DNA from: Anthoceros angustus
Lineage: Eukaryota > Plantae > Anthocerotophyta
Length of the DNA stretch: 64,000 nt
Reading direction: 5' to 3'
NCBI GenBank assembly: GCA_010909165.1
Contig: MU008175.1
Span: 921,370 to 985,369, forward strand
How positions within the stretch are numbered: the stretch's first letter is position 1; every line of letters starts with the position of its first letter. A model generated the notes under the pieces. The model did no database searches and was not told where the DNA came from. It was given only the letters and a program-made list of their open reading frames with translations. Positions 61,145-64,000 of the stretch are shown piece by piece. Both the position numbers and the translations under genes were made by a program.

Positions 61145-63596
61145 CATGGGGTCTACTAATACTAATTCGCCGTTTCTCTCACTTTCGCTCGGTTACACGG
61201 AGCAAAATGCGTTGATCGGTGAGCGACCACGCGCCCCGAGGAGCGTGGCCCGTGGCCGTGGCCGTCGCCGGCGGGATAGTGCGGAGGCCACGCCCAGGAA
61301 GCGGCACTTGCATGCGCCGCAAGCAAGCGGCGACCTGTTGACGACCTATTTGACGACAAGTTAGGGTTCCCACGCCTAAACACATGGCGGACGCGTGTCG
61401 CCATCCTATTCTCCTGACATTGATTCCCTTGGTCCGCCCAAACACGGGCGCGTGCCGGGGCCGGACTCGCCTCTTTTCTTGCTGCACAGCTAATTACCTC
61501 GTACGGAAGGCCTGGTTTTACATAATTCGCATGTGAAGTGGCGCATGATTGATTCAAACCTACACGCGCCGGGCGAGCGTCCTCGGGAAATGATGGCAGT
61601 GAGTGGGCGGTGGGCGGTGGGCAGAGGGCAGGAGCAGGTCAGGCGGCGGGGGAAGCACCCAGGAAGCAGGTGGCGGCCGACCTGCTGCCACCGGGCCACC
61701 GGGCCACCCGGTCACCCGCCAGGAGTCCTGCAGGCGCGGCAGGAGCGGGCCGGACTCTTTAAATGGGGGAGGGAGAGGGAGTAGGCAACGAGCTGGATCA
61801 CGGCAGATCTGGCAGGGGCCAGTGGGCTGGGCAGCGCAGTGCACCAGGGAGCGGCAGATACCTTATTGCGCGTCACGCTCCGATTTTCCGCTGCCACAAG
61901 CCGGATATTATGTACACGTTATTTGATTGCGCGTGTCAGAAAGAGCAAGAGCAGGGCACCATGTCACGCCCGGTCTCTCCGTGTAGTGTACCTTTGCTCT
62001 TCTCGACTCCGACTTGTCATGCCCATTTTCTGACATCGTCAAGCCTCCTCTCGCCCACAGACAGGCGTGCTTGTACCTTCGGCTTTGCCTGCTTTCCTTT
62101 CCTCCAAGCGGGTCAATCGGAGATACTTACACACCAGCCATACCCAAGTGGCCTCCACCCACCGTCGAGATGCCTGTCCCTATTTGCGCAATCATCAGGC
62201 ACGGGACATGATCCAGGCCCCCCAGGGACGAAAGGAGAGACACATACCGCCTGCCCCTTGTCATCTTCGTCGCTGTAACGTCCAAGAGTGGGAAACGGAT
62301 CCAGGTGGAGCAGAGGGCCAACACAACCTGGATTCCCCTTGCCTACGAACTCTAGGGTATGGCATATGTGTGTAGGCAGTAAGGTGTACGTCCAGGGTGC
62401 GAGTCGGGACCACCTACCCCCTCTCTGGATCCCTTACTCCCTGCTGGTACCTGCGTCGAATCCCAGGCGCTCGCTTCGAGGCACACCCGAAATGGGCTCT
62501 TCCGGGACCCCACCCCCGCCCTAGTGCTGCACCAGGAGCAGCGAAAGTAGCATCAGCAGCAGCAGAAGCAGCATCAGCAGCATAAGCAACGCCTCTCGAT
62601 TTTCTTCACCGGTGGGAGATGAGATCACTCTGGGCCCAGCTTGCCTCCATCCATCACTCACTCAGCTCGTGGATGCATTTATACCTGCAACGTAGGAAAA
62701 GGGAACCTCCAAGTCCTTCCTCAAGGCTGCTGCTGCTCCTGCTTCTTCTTGACGTGCAGGCCTCACTCACTTCACCCATCCTCGCTCTGCCCGTGCCTGC
62801 CGAATCTGAATCATACCAACTCCTCTGCAAGTCCATGTCCAAAACTGCCAGCCCTCTTCCTGGTGAAGGAGGGTTTGAAAACGACGCTCATCCCGATTCG
62901 CATGCAGGGGAGCGAGGTGAAACCTGCTCCACTGCTTACTTCCTGGGGTCCTTCTCCCGCACCGCCTGGGACTTACCTACCTCCTTCGTGCTCCCCGTGT
63001 GCTGCACAACAGGGCCAACCTGGGAAGGGAACTTTGTGGACGAAGCCCTGCCTGCTTTCTCACATACATGCATAAAACATGGACGTGGACAATTCGGACC
63101 TGAGAAAGGATATTTGCACACTCATCACCCCCTTTCTTCATGTCACACCTACATCCAGCCCTTCCACTCCACATCTTTTCTCTCACAGCGAGTTCTCAGC
63201 CTCACATTCATCAATGCCAAGCAGGTATAGCTAGCAGGACACAAACCGAACAGCCCTCAGCCTCACTACTTCTGGAAGGGAATGCCAACCCTGCCTTCCA
63301 CACGGCTCACTCACGTCCCCTCAAGCCCTGTTTCGTTCAACCGAACCATCCTAGGGCCTTCAGGGCGCTTCAATATCACTTCTGCAGGTATCTGTCAACC
63401 ACTTCACTGCCTCCTCATGAAGAGTTCTGGCCCCACACCACCTTCTCTTCTACACCTTAACATCTCTCCACAGCCAAATCTAGTCTGCCATAACCGTTCT
63501 AGCTCATAACCAAAGCCCCCCATCGCAACACCATAACTGGACGAGCACCACTGCAAATCAAGACCGTAACTCCTGCACCACAAGATGGAAAGGTTA

Positions 63597-64000
63597 TCAG
63601 GATGCACCAAGCACCTCCATGTACAAACAAGATAGAACTGCTACAAGATCATCGATGGATAACAATGTGTGAGTGAGGCAAAGTAGGGGAAACACACTTA
63701 CATTGCTCAGCCGCGCGCTCCATGCTCAGCGATCTGAGCGCCACAATTGAGTACAATACCTCCTCGTTTTAGGTCACCGGCACGAATTACGTGCATCTTC
63801 AGCTGGCTCAGCCCGACGCCTAACTCGGCAAGCTGCCGACAGGAATGTGGGCATCTGCAAAAGGTAGTGAGCTAAGAGTTTGATTTGGTGGCGTCGAAGT
63901 ACTGAGACTGTGGACTGCACTTTTCTCTCTGCTGCCGCTGCTGCACCTCGACATGGCTGGCCACGGCGGCGGTGGCAAGCACAGGAACCACCGTAGCCGT
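63597..64000 (-). CDS. Possible terminal exons of a gene entering from the right edge (ACT-like domain?)
   Basis: Segment 63854-63702 is bounded by TTGCAG and GTAAGT. It reads CPHSCRQLAELGVGLSQLKMHVIRAGDL[N]EEVLYSIVALRSLSMERAAEQ only if one A is removed from an A4 run. Candidate last exon ..SCLYMEVLGAS*. Confidence 0.3.

Noticed and set aside
53100-62600. Many 60-240 aa ORFs in the repeat-rich tract
   Set aside because: Translations of micro-repeats (PGPGP, EPEPEP, AHAHA, PECPNARM); frames differ between the duplicated copies.
62619-63230. 203-aa plus-strand ORF
   Set aside because: No domain or splice support recognised; may be non-coding or the 3'UTR of the right-edge gene.

Overview
Eukaryotic nuclear DNA from a gene-dense land-plant genome with short (about 65-130 bp) GT-AG introns. 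A non-seed plant such as a hornwort or lycophyte is my inference, not established. About 15 genes are recognisable by manual translation and splicing: ALWAYS EARLY/LIN-9, a PLAC8/PCR protein, a nuclear copy of mitochondrial-type rps19, a Tim17/22/23-family gene head-to-head with an intronless PII (GLB1), IFRD/SAT32, CDC40/PRP17, CYP98A, a YaaW-like protein, RUP-type WD40, XPD/UVH6, solanesyl diphosphate synthase, ssSPT, an RR-TZF CCCH protein and an intronless proline iminopeptidase. Also present: an F-box pseudogene fragment, a tRNA-Gly pseudogene, an RLE-type non-LTR retroelement remnant, two near-identical 1-1.5 kb tandem duplications and a 10-kb gene-poor stretch of short micro-duplications. 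Best leads: the organelle-to-nucleus rps19 transfer, a possible UV-B gene neighbourhood (CYP98A-RUP-XPD-SPS), the AT-rich retrogene-like peptidase island, and uORFs overlapping the RUP and ssSPT starts. Several homopolymer frameshifts suggest long-read consensus errors, so single-base claims need read checks. No CRISPR array or rRNA was seen. Family assignments come from motif recognition; no database search was run.
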